Of a stretch of 45,962 bases of DNA, positions 17,649-27,146 are shown piece after piece. The stretch lies in NCBI GenBank assembly GCA_002348345.1, contig DEAY01000476.1:1-45962 (forward strand), read 5' to 3'. This DNA comes from Verrucomicrobia bacterium UBA2970. GTDB lineage: Bacteria; Verrucomicrobiota; Verrucomicrobiia; Limisphaerales; AAA164-E04. Numbering within the stretch: position 1 is the stretch's first letter; each line of letters begins with the position of its first letter. The notes below the pieces were generated by a model. The model ran no database searches, had not been told where the DNA came from, and saw nothing but the letters and a program-made list of their open reading frames with translations. The position numbers were made by a program, and so were the translations under genes.

Positions 17649-18758
17649 TCAAGGCCGGAGGGGTTTAATCGACTCGGGCCAGGGACGAACCCGGGCCGCC
17701 GCATCATTGGGCGGCCAGTTCCACTGGCTGAGCTTCGGAATGCCAAACTTCTCGGGTGAATGCTTGGCAATCCCCAGTTGCTGCAGCGCCCACCCACGCG
17801 CCGAGGCGATTCTCGACATCTGCTCGTCCGCCTCCCGGCCCAGCTTGGGAAGGAGGATGCCCGCCCGCTCCTTGATGGCGAGTTGCCCAAACTTTTTGCT
17901 GCGGATGGCTTTGGCAAACGCAGCGGCGGTCTTTTCCACAACAGCCTCCGGGGTGTCACGCGGAAGGTAGATCCCATAAAAGGGGTTGATCGCTTCGTAG
18001 GCGGCAAGCGAGGGAATGGAGTGGGTCACCGCGGGATACTGGACTCCCTCAAACTCAATATCCTTGGAATACAAATTGGCCAACGGCCGCACGCGTTTTC
18101 CAGCCGCCCAATCCGTTAGATCACCCATCGTCACCGAGGCAAACTTGATTTGCCCGGAAAGCAGGTATCTCCCCGCTTCTCTGCCACCGCCATAAGGAAT
18201 AGCCGTCACCTTGTCGGCCGCTCCAACCGAATCCAACACCAATCCGGCAAAGATCTGGCCATTGCTCCCCACTCCGGGATGGCCATATTTGAATTGGCCC
18301 TTGCGAGAGGCCTGAATGGCCTTGAGGAGGTCGTCGAGCGTTTCCCACGGGGCATCCGCCCTGACATAAATCGTGGTCGGCAGCATGACGCTCAACATGG
18401 CGTAGTAATCACGCCAGGACACCTTGCCATATCCCATCACGGGCCAGGCGCCCTGCACGGCGGCCCCTCCAAACCACTGATACCCGTCTGCCCGGCCTTT
18501 GGCCACCCGCCCGCCCCCGATTGAGCCATGGGCTCCCTTGACATTGGTAACCAGGATGCGTTTCCCCAATTCCTTCTCCATCTCCATCGCCAAGGCGCGA
18601 GTGGTCATATCGGACGACCCTCCGGCCGACCATCCCACCAAAATCCGAATCGGCTTTTCCGGCCAGGCTGCCTCAGCCTGTTGGCAAACGAGCGCAGCGG
18701 CCAGCGCCCCGATCAGTAGACAAATTCGAGCAAGCACAAGATAGTTCATAAGCGGCAA
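17649..18758 (-). CDS. tctC: TTT periplasmic substrate-binding protein, TctC/Bug family
   Basis: Signal peptide MPLMNYLVLARICLLIGALAAALVCQQAEA, followed by the Bug-family hallmark WPEKPIRILVGWSAGGSSD. Confidence 0.85.
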   Translation of the reverse strand: MPLMNYLVLARICLLIGALAAALVCQQAEAAWPEKPIRILVGWSAGGSSDMTTRALAMEMEKELGKRILVTNVKGAHGSIGGGRVAKGRADGYQWFGGAAVQGAWPVMGYGKVSWRDYYAMLSVMLPTTIYVRADAPWETLDDLLKAIQASRKGQFKYGHPGVGSNGQIFAGLVLDSVGAADKVTAIPYGGGREAGRYLLSGQIKFASVTMGDLTDWAAGKRVRPLANLYSKDIEFEGVQYPAVTHSIPSLAAYEAINPFYGIYLPRDTPEAVVEKTAAAFAKAIRSKKFGQLAIKERAGILLPKLGREADEQMSRIASARGWALQQLGIAKHSPEKFGIPKLSQWNWPPNDAAARVRPWPESIKPLRP

Positions 18759-18905
18759 GCGTTGGTGAGCAACCCGGACCCAACACGCAAATCGATGCGG
18801 CGGCCTTCGCCGTTGGGAATCCGGGCAGTCTGTGACAATCGGAGGGAGAAAACAATGGGTTTCTACACCCCGTCCGATACCTTAGACTCCCGGACCTCTC
18901 AGGCT

Positions 18906-20360
18906 TCAAACAATTTGACGAATCACCTCTCCCTCGATGAAGGTCAGGCGCTCCTCCCGCCCCAGATGAGGATAGGTCAAGGTGTGCTGGTCCAGACCCA
19001 TTTGGTGGAGAATCGTGGTATGAATATCCCGAAAGTGGAACGGATCCTTCACCGCTCGCAACCCGATCTCATCAGTCGCCCCAACGACTTGCCCTCCGCG
19101 AACGCCGCCCCCCGCCATCCACATCGAAAAGCCCAAATTGTGATGGTCCCGACCCACAGAGGTTTGCGCTTCAGGCGACCGGCCGAACTCACCTCCCCAC
19201 AAAACCAGGGTCGAATCCAACAAGCCTCGCTGTTTCAAATCCCTCAACAGCGCGGCCACCGGCTGATCCGTCTCCGCCGCCTTACGAAGATGGTTCTCCT
19301 CAATGTCCTTATGGGCATCCCACTGCATGTTGCCGGGACCGCCCCCCGAGACCACGCACACAAATCGCACGCCTTCTTCGACCAGTTTGCGCGCCAGGAG
19401 GCATCGACGCCCGTAGTCATGGGTCGGTTCCTGACCAATTCCGTAAAGCGCCAGGGTTGAGGGACGTTCCCGACTGAGGTCAAACATGGCGGGCGCCTCA
19501 ACCTGCATCTTGAACGCCAGATCATAGGCCAACAACCGGGCCTCAAATTCTGGATCCAGGGGAAGCTCGGCCGCGCCATTGAGCTGGCGAATCAGATCGA
19601 TGGTCGCCCGGCGTTGCTCGATCGATGCGCCCCGCGACGACTCCAGATTGAGGACCGGCCGGTCACTCGGTCGAAACATGGTCGGTTGGAACCTTGCTGG
19701 AAGAAACCCATTCGAGTACATCGGCTGGCCTGCTTCAAGCGCCCCCAGGGGGTCGGGCATGACCACATATCCAGGCAACGCCTCCGTCTCCGCGCCCAAG
19801 CCGTAAGCCATCCAGGACCCCATACTCGGCGCTCCAGGAACCACGCGTCCCGTGAACAACTCGTACTGCGCCGCGGAGTGCACCACCATGTCACCATGAC
19901 ATGATCTGAGAATCGCCAGATCGTCCGCACATCGGGAGAGATGGGGAAAGAGATCGGAAACCTCCAGACCCGACTGCCCGTATCGAGCAAAGGAACGCTT
20001 CGTCCCCAGGAGCTTGGCATCCGATTCCACAAACTGATACTTCGCTTCCCCAAACGACGCCGGCCGAGGTTGCCCGCTCAATTGATTCAACAAGGGCTTT
20101 GGATCAAAGGTCTCCATCTGGCTCGGACCTCCGGCCATAAACAGGAAAATGACCGAACGCGCCTTGGGCGCCACCGGCGGGACGATCGGGGGTAATCCTC
20201 CCACCGAGTTGGCATGGAGCCGCGCTTGACGGGTCATCGCCGTCAAGGCGAGAGCGCCAAACCCACAAAACGCATCCGTTAAAAACTCTCGCCGCGTTCG
20301 AGTCCGGCGCACATGAACCGGTCGTCCGCGGGGCACCGACGAATCTCGCCTAGAAGACAT
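18906..20360 (-). CDS. DUF1501 protein (sulfatase/alkaline-phosphatase-fold, Tat-exported)
   Basis: Tat-like RRTRTRREFLTDAFCGFGALAL. Motifs: VIFLFMAGGPSQMETFDPKP, WDAHKD, GRDHHNLGFSMWMAGGGVRGGQVVGATDE. The Met at 20360 is preferred over the ORF-track start at 20507, which would overlap the upstream gene by about 160 nt. Confidence 0.88.
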   Translation of the reverse strand: MSSRRDSSVPRGRPVHVRRTRTRREFLTDAFCGFGALALTAMTRQARLHANSVGGLPPIVPPVAPKARSVIFLFMAGGPSQMETFDPKPLLNQLSGQPRPASFGEAKYQFVESDAKLLGTKRSFARYGQSGLEVSDLFPHLSRCADDLAILRSCHGDMVVHSAAQYELFTGRVVPGAPSMGSWMAYGLGAETEALPGYVVMPDPLGALEAGQPMYSNGFLPARFQPTMFRPSDRPVLNLESSRGASIEQRRATIDLIRQLNGAAELPLDPEFEARLLAYDLAFKMQVEAPAMFDLSRERPSTLALYGIGQEPTHDYGRRCLLARKLVEEGVRFVCVVSGGGPGNMQWDAHKDIEENHLRKAAETDQPVAALLRDLKQRGLLDSTLVLWGGEFGRSPEAQTSVGRDHHNLGFSMWMAGGGVRGGQVVGATDEIGLRAVKDPFHFRDIHTTILHQMGLDQHTLTYPHLGREERLTFIEGEVIRQIV

Positions 20361-22794
20361 AGAGGAATTCGTTGAGGTTAAACATCGCGAGGGCAAATTC
20401 CTCGAGGGAATGCTCTCTGATAAACGGAACCCCGAGTTCGTATTCGCTGCGATTGGGATCACGCCCCAGGGCATACCGGTAAGCGACGCGCACTTGCCCC
20501 TCGACATCCCCCCCAGCGGACGATCGAATCCGACGGGCGAAGGCCTCCGACAGTTCGTTGGAGATCCGGCCGTTGAGCAACTCCAATGCTTGGGGAGCGT
20601 GGGTGCTACTTTCCCTTCGGAAACAGCTGGTCAACAGCGCTGGCTGATCAAAGGCTTCCATGAAAGGAAGGCGAAGATTTCGTTTGGCAATCAGATAAAC
20701 CGACCGCCGAAAATGAGACCCCGGCGTTTGGGAAACCTGCCACTGAGAAGGCTTGTAGAGCAGCTTGACCAAGTCTTCCTCGACCGGGAGCATCACACTC
20801 TCACCGCCCAAATCATCATGAAGCACGGCCGCCACCGAGAGCATGTTGTCGCGCATCTCCTCTCCCAAGAGACGGCGTTTTGTGTGGCGCCATTGCAACC
20901 GGTTGCCGGGATCAGTTTTCACCGCCAGAGCGCTGGGTTCCAGTCGTGACGATTGTCGATAGGTCTCGCTTAGCAGGATCATCCGATGAATCGGCTTGAG
21001 ATGCCAGTCATGCCGGATGATTTCGGCGGCCAAAAAATCCAATAAGCCCGGGTGACTCGGCACCTCACCGTTCTTACCGAAATCGTTCGCCGTCGCCACC
21101 AATCCCACCCCAAAATACTGTTGCCAAATTCGATTCACGATCACCCGGGCGGTCAGAGGATGAGCATCACGGGTCAACCACCTCGCCAATCGCGTTCTCG
21201 GGTTTCGAGTATCCAGAGGGGCACCCGTCACCCTCTCCCCGCCCAGCACGTCCAGCGGTTTCATCCTCACCGGCTCCCCTTTCCGTTCCCAGTCACCCCG
21301 TCTCAGCAAGTGGATCGGCGTGACATTTGCGTAGTCATTCTTGATCGAAGGAATCTTCGGCAATGCCTCGGGCCGACGCGCTGCGAGTCGTCGCAACTGC
21401 TGCGAGACAGCCTCCAGCGCCTCTCCCTTCAGGGTTGATTTCCGAGCTTGCAAACGGCTGATTTCGCTCTCGATGGCCTCCGATTGCCGCGTCCACTCCT
21501 CTTGTTCCTCAGGGCTGGCCAACTCCACGTTTCCCTCCGCAGTCGCCGCCAGGTATGCTTGAAGCTGGTAGTAGTCCCTCTGGGAAACGGGATCGAATTT
21601 ATGATCGTGACAACGGGCGCAAGCGAGGGTGAGCCCAAGGAAGGCCGCCCCAATCACGTCGGTTCGCTCCGTCAGCACCTCGTTTCGGCTCAGGGCGATC
21701 TCAGGATTTCCAGCATTTCGTCGAACCGTACCCAACCGATGAAAGACCGCAGCGGATAAACTCTCATGGGTGGGAATCGTCAACTCATCGCCCGCCACTT
21801 GCTCAAGCACAAACCGGTCGTAGCGTTTGTCGCGATTGAAGGCGTCGATCACATAATCTCGATATCGCCAGGCTCCGAGGAGCGTTCGGTCGTATTCAAA
21901 GCCTTCCGACTCGGCGAACCGAACCACATCGAGCCAAAACAAGCTTTGACGCTCACCAAATTGTGGACTCGCCAGCAGACGATCCACCAGCGCGACATAG
22001 GCCCCGGGGGAAGGATCCTCGAGAAAACGGGCCCGTTCCCCCTCACTGGGAGGCAGTCCCGTCACATCGAAGCTCAACCGCCGGACCAAATCTCGACGAC
22101 TCGCCCGAGAGGATCGGGCCAGGCCCTTTTCGGTCAGCGAGCGCTGGATGTAACCATCAAGCGTCCGCCCCCCTTGAGCCCCGGACGGGATCGAGGAGTC
22201 CAAAGACCCAATGGGTTGAAAGGCCCAATGCTTACGCCCCTGTTCTCCATCCGTCACCGGGGAGAAGTCCTCCATCGGTTGGTCGCGGGGATCGGGGGCT
22301 CCCAGTTCCACCCAACGTCGAAATCCCGCGACTTCCTTCGCCGACAGCGGACCGCCCTTGGGCGGCATTCTCAGCCCCTCATGCCGAATCGCTTCAATCA
22401 ATAGGCTTTCCGTTGGTTTTCCCGGAACGATGGCCGGACCTGAATCCCCTCCCTGCCGGAGGCCAACCCTCCGATCCAGAAGTAGCCCCCCCTTGATGCG
22501 ATCGGATTCGGCCGAATGACACTCATAACAACGAGCCTCCAAGGTCGGGAGAACGAGATCGTCAAAGAGGGCTTTCGCCTCCGGTGATTCAGGCGACGCG
22601 GAGAGTCGAGGGATAAGTTGAACCCCAAAGAAGAGTATCAGGAGCAGGCCTTCGATCGCATCCCTTCGCCCCAGTGCTCCCGCTGACCACCGGAAGCCGG
22701 AACGACTTGAATGGGTTAATGCCAGGTCCGCCATCTTCGACCATGATCGTTCCATGATCCGCCCCGGAGAGCAACCATAGAGTCTCCTCGCCAC
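20350..22794 (-). CDS. PSCyt1-DUF1549(PSCyt2)-DUF1553(PSD1) protein (Planctomycete-type cytochrome-c-like protein)
   Basis: Motifs: CYECHSAESDRIKGGLLLD (PSCyt1 CxxCH), LVRRLSFDVTGLPPS (DUF1549), CARCHDHKFDPVSQRDYYQLQAYL (DUF1553). The start is ambiguous: Met at 22794, 22755 or 22734. Confidence 0.9.
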   Translation of the reverse strand: MARRLYGCSPGRIMERSWSKMADLALTHSSRSGFRWSAGALGRRDAIEGLLLILFFGVQLIPRLSASPESPEAKALFDDLVLPTLEARCYECHSAESDRIKGGLLLDRRVGLRQGGDSGPAIVPGKPTESLLIEAIRHEGLRMPPKGGPLSAKEVAGFRRWVELGAPDPRDQPMEDFSPVTDGEQGRKHWAFQPIGSLDSSIPSGAQGGRTLDGYIQRSLTEKGLARSSRASRRDLVRRLSFDVTGLPPSEGERARFLEDPSPGAYVALVDRLLASPQFGERQSLFWLDVVRFAESEGFEYDRTLLGAWRYRDYVIDAFNRDKRYDRFVLEQVAGDELTIPTHESLSAAVFHRLGTVRRNAGNPEIALSRNEVLTERTDVIGAAFLGLTLACARCHDHKFDPVSQRDYYQLQAYLAATAEGNVELASPEEQEEWTRQSEAIESEISRLQARKSTLKGEALEAVSQQLRRLAARRPEALPKIPSIKNDYANVTPIHLLRRGDWERKGEPVRMKPLDVLGGERVTGAPLDTRNPRTRLARWLTRDAHPLTARVIVNRIWQQYFGVGLVATANDFGKNGEVPSHPGLLDFLAAEIIRHDWHLKPIHRMILLSETYRQSSRLEPSALAVKTDPGNRLQWRHTKRRLLGEEMRDNMLSVAAVLHDDLGGESVMLPVEEDLVKLLYKPSQWQVSQTPGSHFRRSVYLIAKRNLRLPFMEAFDQPALLTSCFRRESSTHAPQALELLNGRISNELSEAFARRIRSSAGGDVEGQVRVAYRYALGRDPNRSEYELGVPFIREHSLEEFALAMFNLNEFLYVF

Positions 22795-22981
22795 CGAGTC
22801 CTCCCTCCTCCGTTGCGACCGCTGAAGCGGTTCGATCCAGATGACTCGAGGCTAGCAAACGAAAGGGTGAGGCACCGACCGCGACCCCATCGTGGCTTTG
22901 GGAGAGCGGCGTCATTGCGGCGCCGACAGGGACTGGGACCGGCCACTTAGGCGGAAGCCGTCACACCTGTTGGAAATGAAT

Positions 22982-24310
22982 CTAAGGCTGGGAGGCAGCC
23001 GCCAAGGCAACCAATTCCTTGAGTTTCGGTCCATGCGTCACGGCCAGATCCAGGGTCTCTCCCAGGTCGGATCCCAGATGGTAGAGTTCCCAGGCCGCAT
23101 CCCGCCCAGGTTTGACCGCCTTCCAATCATTCTGACGCACGGCCTGCTTCTCGCCGAATTTCCAGAACAGATAATCATGCCCCCGTTGAGCATCGCCCCG
23201 CAGCAACGGCCCAAAGGAGATTCCATCGGTCTCAATCTCAACGGGTTGTTCCGCCAGGTCGCAGGCTGTGGGAAGAAAATCCCAAAATGCCAGGGGTTCA
23301 TCGCTCGTCCGGCCGGCTTCAATCACCCCTGGCCACCGAGCGATCGCTGGCACGCGAATGCCGCCTTCGTAGAGATCCCGCTTGAACCCTCGCAAGGGAC
23401 CGTTGGCATCAAAGAACTCATGCCGATGGTTTCCCTCCGAGTGGGGACCGTTGTCCGAAGTAAAAAAGACCAAGGTCTTGCGATCGATTCCCAGTGTCTT
23501 CAGCAAGGTCATCATCCTTCCCACATCACGATCGAGGCGATCAATCATCGCCGCCTGGCCCTTCTCCGGTGAGGGCCAATCCCGGTCACCATAGCGACTG
23601 TAATCCGGAACCTCCATTCCGTCTCCCGTCACCCTGCCACCTTCATTGTTGGCATGAGGAAGCGTCCAATGCACATGCAACAAGAAGGGGCCACCGGATT
23701 CCCGCCGAACAAACTCCAGCGCTTCATCCGTCATGAGATCATGCGAGTAAGTCACTCGTTTGATAGCCACTCTCCCGCGAGCCTTGGGATCTAAACTCAA
23801 TTCATTCCCTGGAAGAATGACCTTTTCCCGGTTGCGCCAAAGATGGGTCGGATAGTAATTATGCGCCTCCCCTTGGTCCATGTAACCCATCCAGAACTGG
23901 AATCCGTTCAGGTTCGGATGGCCCATCGACTCAGGCCGACCCATCGCCCATTTCCCGATTCCTCCCGTCGCATAGCCGGCCTCGCTCATCAATTCGGCCA
24001 CGGTCACGTCCGCGGGTTGAAACACATAGCTCTGATTCGAGGAAATCGGAGTGTGGCCAGTGTGCCGCCCCGTCCACAAGGTCAGGCGCGAAGGGCGGCA
24101 AACAGTACAGCCCGCATAAAAACTGGTGAATCGGATCCCCTCGGCTGCGAGTCGATCCAGGTTTGGTGTTTGAATCGTCTTCTGACCAAAACAACCCAGA
24201 TCGCCATACCCCAAATCATCGGCCATGATGAAAATGATGTTCGGCCGCTCGGCCCACAAGCACATCGAGGCGAGAAGAGAACCCAAGAAGCTCCAGGAGA
24301 TGAGGCGCAT
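22982..24310 (-). CDS. Sulfatase (S1 family arylsulfatase type), exported
   Basis: Signal peptide MRLISWSFLGSLLASMCLWA. Motifs: IIFIMADDLGYGDLGCFG, FGly motif C-R-P-S-R in CTVCRPSRLTLWTG, FFTSDNGP. Confidence 0.9.
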   Translation of the reverse strand: MRLISWSFLGSLLASMCLWAERPNIIFIMADDLGYGDLGCFGQKTIQTPNLDRLAAEGIRFTSFYAGCTVCRPSRLTLWTGRHTGHTPISSNQSYVFQPADVTVAELMSEAGYATGGIGKWAMGRPESMGHPNLNGFQFWMGYMDQGEAHNYYPTHLWRNREKVILPGNELSLDPKARGRVAIKRVTYSHDLMTDEALEFVRRESGGPFLLHVHWTLPHANNEGGRVTGDGMEVPDYSRYGDRDWPSPEKGQAAMIDRLDRDVGRMMTLLKTLGIDRKTLVFFTSDNGPHSEGNHRHEFFDANGPLRGFKRDLYEGGIRVPAIARWPGVIEAGRTSDEPLAFWDFLPTACDLAEQPVEIETDGISFGPLLRGDAQRGHDYLFWKFGEKQAVRQNDWKAVKPGRDAAWELYHLGSDLGETLDLAVTHGPKLKELVALAAASQP

Positions 24311-24510
24311 GTCCTCATTCTTCGACGGGGATCCTTCAAGTCAAAGCAAATCCTCAAGCCCCCTTGGGAATCCCGGTCGGGTCACGTTTCAACCAATCAT
24401 CCTCATCGTTCCCCATTGGCATCGGCTCAAAAAGAGCCAACCCTTTGACAAAGAAAGCAAATCCACGCCCCACCAAGGGAAAGGTTTCGGCGAACCCCAA
24501 GATGGAATCC

Positions 24511-25968
24511 TCATGACGCGGCGAGGCTTCGCATTTCGGCGTAAGCGCCCAAGGCCCTTTTCCGTGCCTCGGCATGATCCACAATGGGCAGGGGATAATC
24601 GACCCCCATCCGAACGCCCGCCCCCGCCATCACCTCCGCCGGGGCCTCCCAGGGCCGGTTCAAGAACCGATCGGGAACCTTGACCAATTCAGGAATCCAG
24701 CGGCGAACATACACGCCCTGGGGATCGAATTTTTCGCCTTGGGTGATCGGATTGAAGATCCGGAAATAGGGGGCGGCATCGGCACCGCAACCCGCTGTCC
24801 ATTGCCACCCCAGGGTGTTGCTCGCCAAATCTGCATCAACCAGGGTGTCCCAGAACCACTCGGCTCCCTTCTGCCAGGGAACAAGCAGGTGTTTGACCAG
24901 GAAGGAGGCCACGATCATCCGCACTCGATTGTGCATCCACCCATGGTGCCACAACTCCCGCATGCCAGCATCGACGATGGGGTATCCCGTCTTTCCCCGC
25001 TGCCAGGCTCGCAGTTGAGAGGGGACCTCGGCCCACGGAAACTTGAGGAATTCATTCCGCAGAGGGCGGGTCGTGGTCTCAGGGAAATGATAGAGCAAAT
25101 GAATCGCAAACTCGCGCCAGCCCAATTCCGAGACAAACTGCCACGACCGCCAGTTTTCTTGCTCCAAGCCCCTTCGCTCGGCAAAGCGATTCAATGCGGC
25201 CCATACCTGCCGAGGAGTGATTTCTCCAAAATGCAGATGGGGAGAGAGCGAAGAGGTTCCCGTTCGATCCGGGTGGTTTCGGTCGGCGCCATACCTGAGG
25301 ATCTTGCCTTCCAGAAACGATCCAAGGCGTGCCTGCGCACCCGTTTCTCCCGGCTCCCAATGGGCCTCCATGCCCTCGGCCCATGAAATCGTGGGCCGCA
25401 AATTCCAATCCTCAAGCCGCTCTGATGCCGGCCATGATTGGGGCGAGGGCAATCCCTCGGGAACCGACAGCGGCTCCCCCGGTTCGAGGGTTTGGAGGCA
25501 ACGCCGCCAGAACGGGCTAAACACCCGAAACGGCTTCCCGGATTGGGTTTGAACCGTCCAAGGCTCCACAAGCGTGTCGCCTGGCATGCTTTCAATCCAC
25601 TCCATCCGATTCTGGAAGAACGCTTTCACCGCTCGGTCCGTCGCCATCCCCTCCGGTTCATAACGACGATGCCAAACCAACCCCTGGGCTCCGCTCTTTT
25701 CCACAATGTCACGAAGGGCTTCCAAGGCTGGCCCAGATCGCAGCACCAGTCGCGACCCCACCTTTCGAAGATCCCTGTCCAATCGAGCCAGCGAATGATG
25801 CAACCACCAACGGGACGCCGCCCCCGGTCGGCCCCTGGCCTCCTCCGCCGGTGACCAGACATAAACCGGGATCACGGGGCCTCTCCGGAGGGCCGCCTGC
25901 AGCGGGTGGTGGTCGGAAAGCCGCAAATCGCGGCGTAACCATACGATCGTCGGTGCCTTAAGCATCAC
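24511..25968 (-). CDS. phrB: Deoxyribodipyrimidine photolyase (cryptochrome/photolyase family, class I CPD type)
   Basis: Motifs: IVWLRRDLRLSDH, TGYPIVDAGMRELWHHGWMHNRVRMIVASFLVKHL, DADLASNTLGWQWTAGCGADAAPYFRIFNP. Confidence 0.93.
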   Translation of the reverse strand: MMLKAPTIVWLRRDLRLSDHHPLQAALRRGPVIPVYVWSPAEEARGRPGAASRWWLHHSLARLDRDLRKVGSRLVLRSGPALEALRDIVEKSGAQGLVWHRRYEPEGMATDRAVKAFFQNRMEWIESMPGDTLVEPWTVQTQSGKPFRVFSPFWRRCLQTLEPGEPLSVPEGLPSPQSWPASERLEDWNLRPTISWAEGMEAHWEPGETGAQARLGSFLEGKILRYGADRNHPDRTGTSSLSPHLHFGEITPRQVWAALNRFAERRGLEQENWRSWQFVSELGWREFAIHLLYHFPETTTRPLRNEFLKFPWAEVPSQLRAWQRGKTGYPIVDAGMRELWHHGWMHNRVRMIVASFLVKHLLVPWQKGAEWFWDTLVDADLASNTLGWQWTAGCGADAAPYFRIFNPITQGEKFDPQGVYVRRWIPELVKVPDRFLNRPWEAPAEVMAGAGVRMGVDYPLPIVDHAEARKRALGAYAEMRSLAAS

Positions 25969-26229
25969 AAGCCAGTAACCGGCAGACCCCTCTTCCGCCT
26001 TGAGAACTGCATTTGAAACCTTCCGGGTGATCCTCCACCATCGACGACACCCTTCCTGTTTCCGATGATTCTGTCAAACCGAGCCGCAGCGAGGGGAAGA
26101 CGATATATCAGTCCCTTCACCATCGGGGACCGGAAGAACAATTCGGTTGTTTCCTCTGCCGATTCCAGGCAAGGTCCGGGCCTCGGTCGCCAACGGCAGA
26201 TCCTTCGCACGGCGGGGCCATTCAAAAAG

Positions 26230-27024
26230 ATGAAATCCTTCAATGCCATTCCCCTCCTCGCCCTGGCCTCGGTCTTTCTTCTCGTGAGTTGTGACAGCGG
26301 TTCCTCTCCCTCCCCGACCCCAGGTTCCGGCCCCCAACCGGGATTCAGCCAACCCATGGCCCCGTCCCAACCAACCCTCCCGCCAGAGGCACGGGCGATC
26401 CTGGAGCAAGGCCAGGCGCTCCAAATGCAGTTGGATCAGATCACCGAAACGCTGGCAACCGTTCAGGAACAGGCAATGGATGTCGAGCGGGTGATCGAGA
26501 TGCGCGAATCCCTCGAAGCGGCCGCCGAGGAGGAAATGCTCAAGCTTAAACCCGATGTCAAGCCGGCGCTCGAACGCCTCCCGGAACTGGTCAAAATTCT
26601 CGAGGCCAATGAGGAAATCAATTCCCAAGATCCCGCCACCTTCAGTGAGGAAGCAAAGAAACTCATCGCCGAGTACGAGACCCTCAGCGGCGAGATCCAG
26701 CCACTCCAAGCCCAGGTCGCGGTAATTCCAGAGATCGAAACGGCTCGCAAGGCCCTCTTCGAAGCGATTCAGGAAGAGTGCCTGAAGATCGACCCCGAAT
26801 TCGAACGCCTCGAACAAGACTACGCCCGGCTTGGCAGCCAACTGGAAGGTCTTCGCCAGGAATACATCGCCACTCAACAACAAGCCCAGGGCTTTTCCAT
26901 CCCCAACCCTGACGCACCGGGTCCTTCGCCTCAAGCCAACCCCGCCACCGAGGAGATCACACCAAACGGATTGGGCTCCGCACCGGACCTCCCTGGCAGC
27001 GTGGCCGGCCCCTCGGAAGAGTAA
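26230..27024 (+). CDS. Hypothetical lipoprotein: Pro-rich linkers flanking a Glu/Gln/Leu-rich helical (coiled-coil-like) core
   Basis: The ATG at 26230 gives MKSFNAIPLLALASVFLLVSC, with a lipobox L-V-S-C. I recognise no family. Confidence 0.65.
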   Translation: MKSFNAIPLLALASVFLLVSCDSGSSPSPTPGSGPQPGFSQPMAPSQPTLPPEARAILEQGQALQMQLDQITETLATVQEQAMDVERVIEMRESLEAAAEEEMLKLKPDVKPALERLPELVKILEANEEINSQDPATFSEEAKKLIAEYETLSGEIQPLQAQVAVIPEIETARKALFEAIQEECLKIDPEFERLEQDYARLGSQLEGLRQEYIATQQQAQGFSIPNPDAPGPSPQANPATEEITPNGLGSAPDLPGSVAGPSEE

Positions 27025-27120
27025 ATCAAAGGCAATAAAAAAGCCCCCCCCAATCGCACGGCCGAGGGGCCCCTCAAGATGCATGGGGCTGTCGCACAAT
27101 GGGAATGGTATGGGTCCCCA

Positions 27121-27146
27121 CTGCGCTCTTTTCATCAAGAGCGCAG
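27121..27146. other. Perfect 10-bp stem / 6-nt loop hairpin (CTGCGCTCTT-TTCATC-AAGAGCGCAG) in an intergenic region
   Basis: Read directly from the sequence. It lies about 97 nt after the lipoprotein stop. Neither strand has a U-tract, so terminator status is uncertain. Confidence 0.5.

Noticed and set aside
24420-24440. GGCTC-AAAAA-GAGCC hairpin downstream of the photolyase gene as a terminator
   Set aside because: The stem is only 5 bp, the T-run lies in the loop rather than after the stem, and stability is very low.
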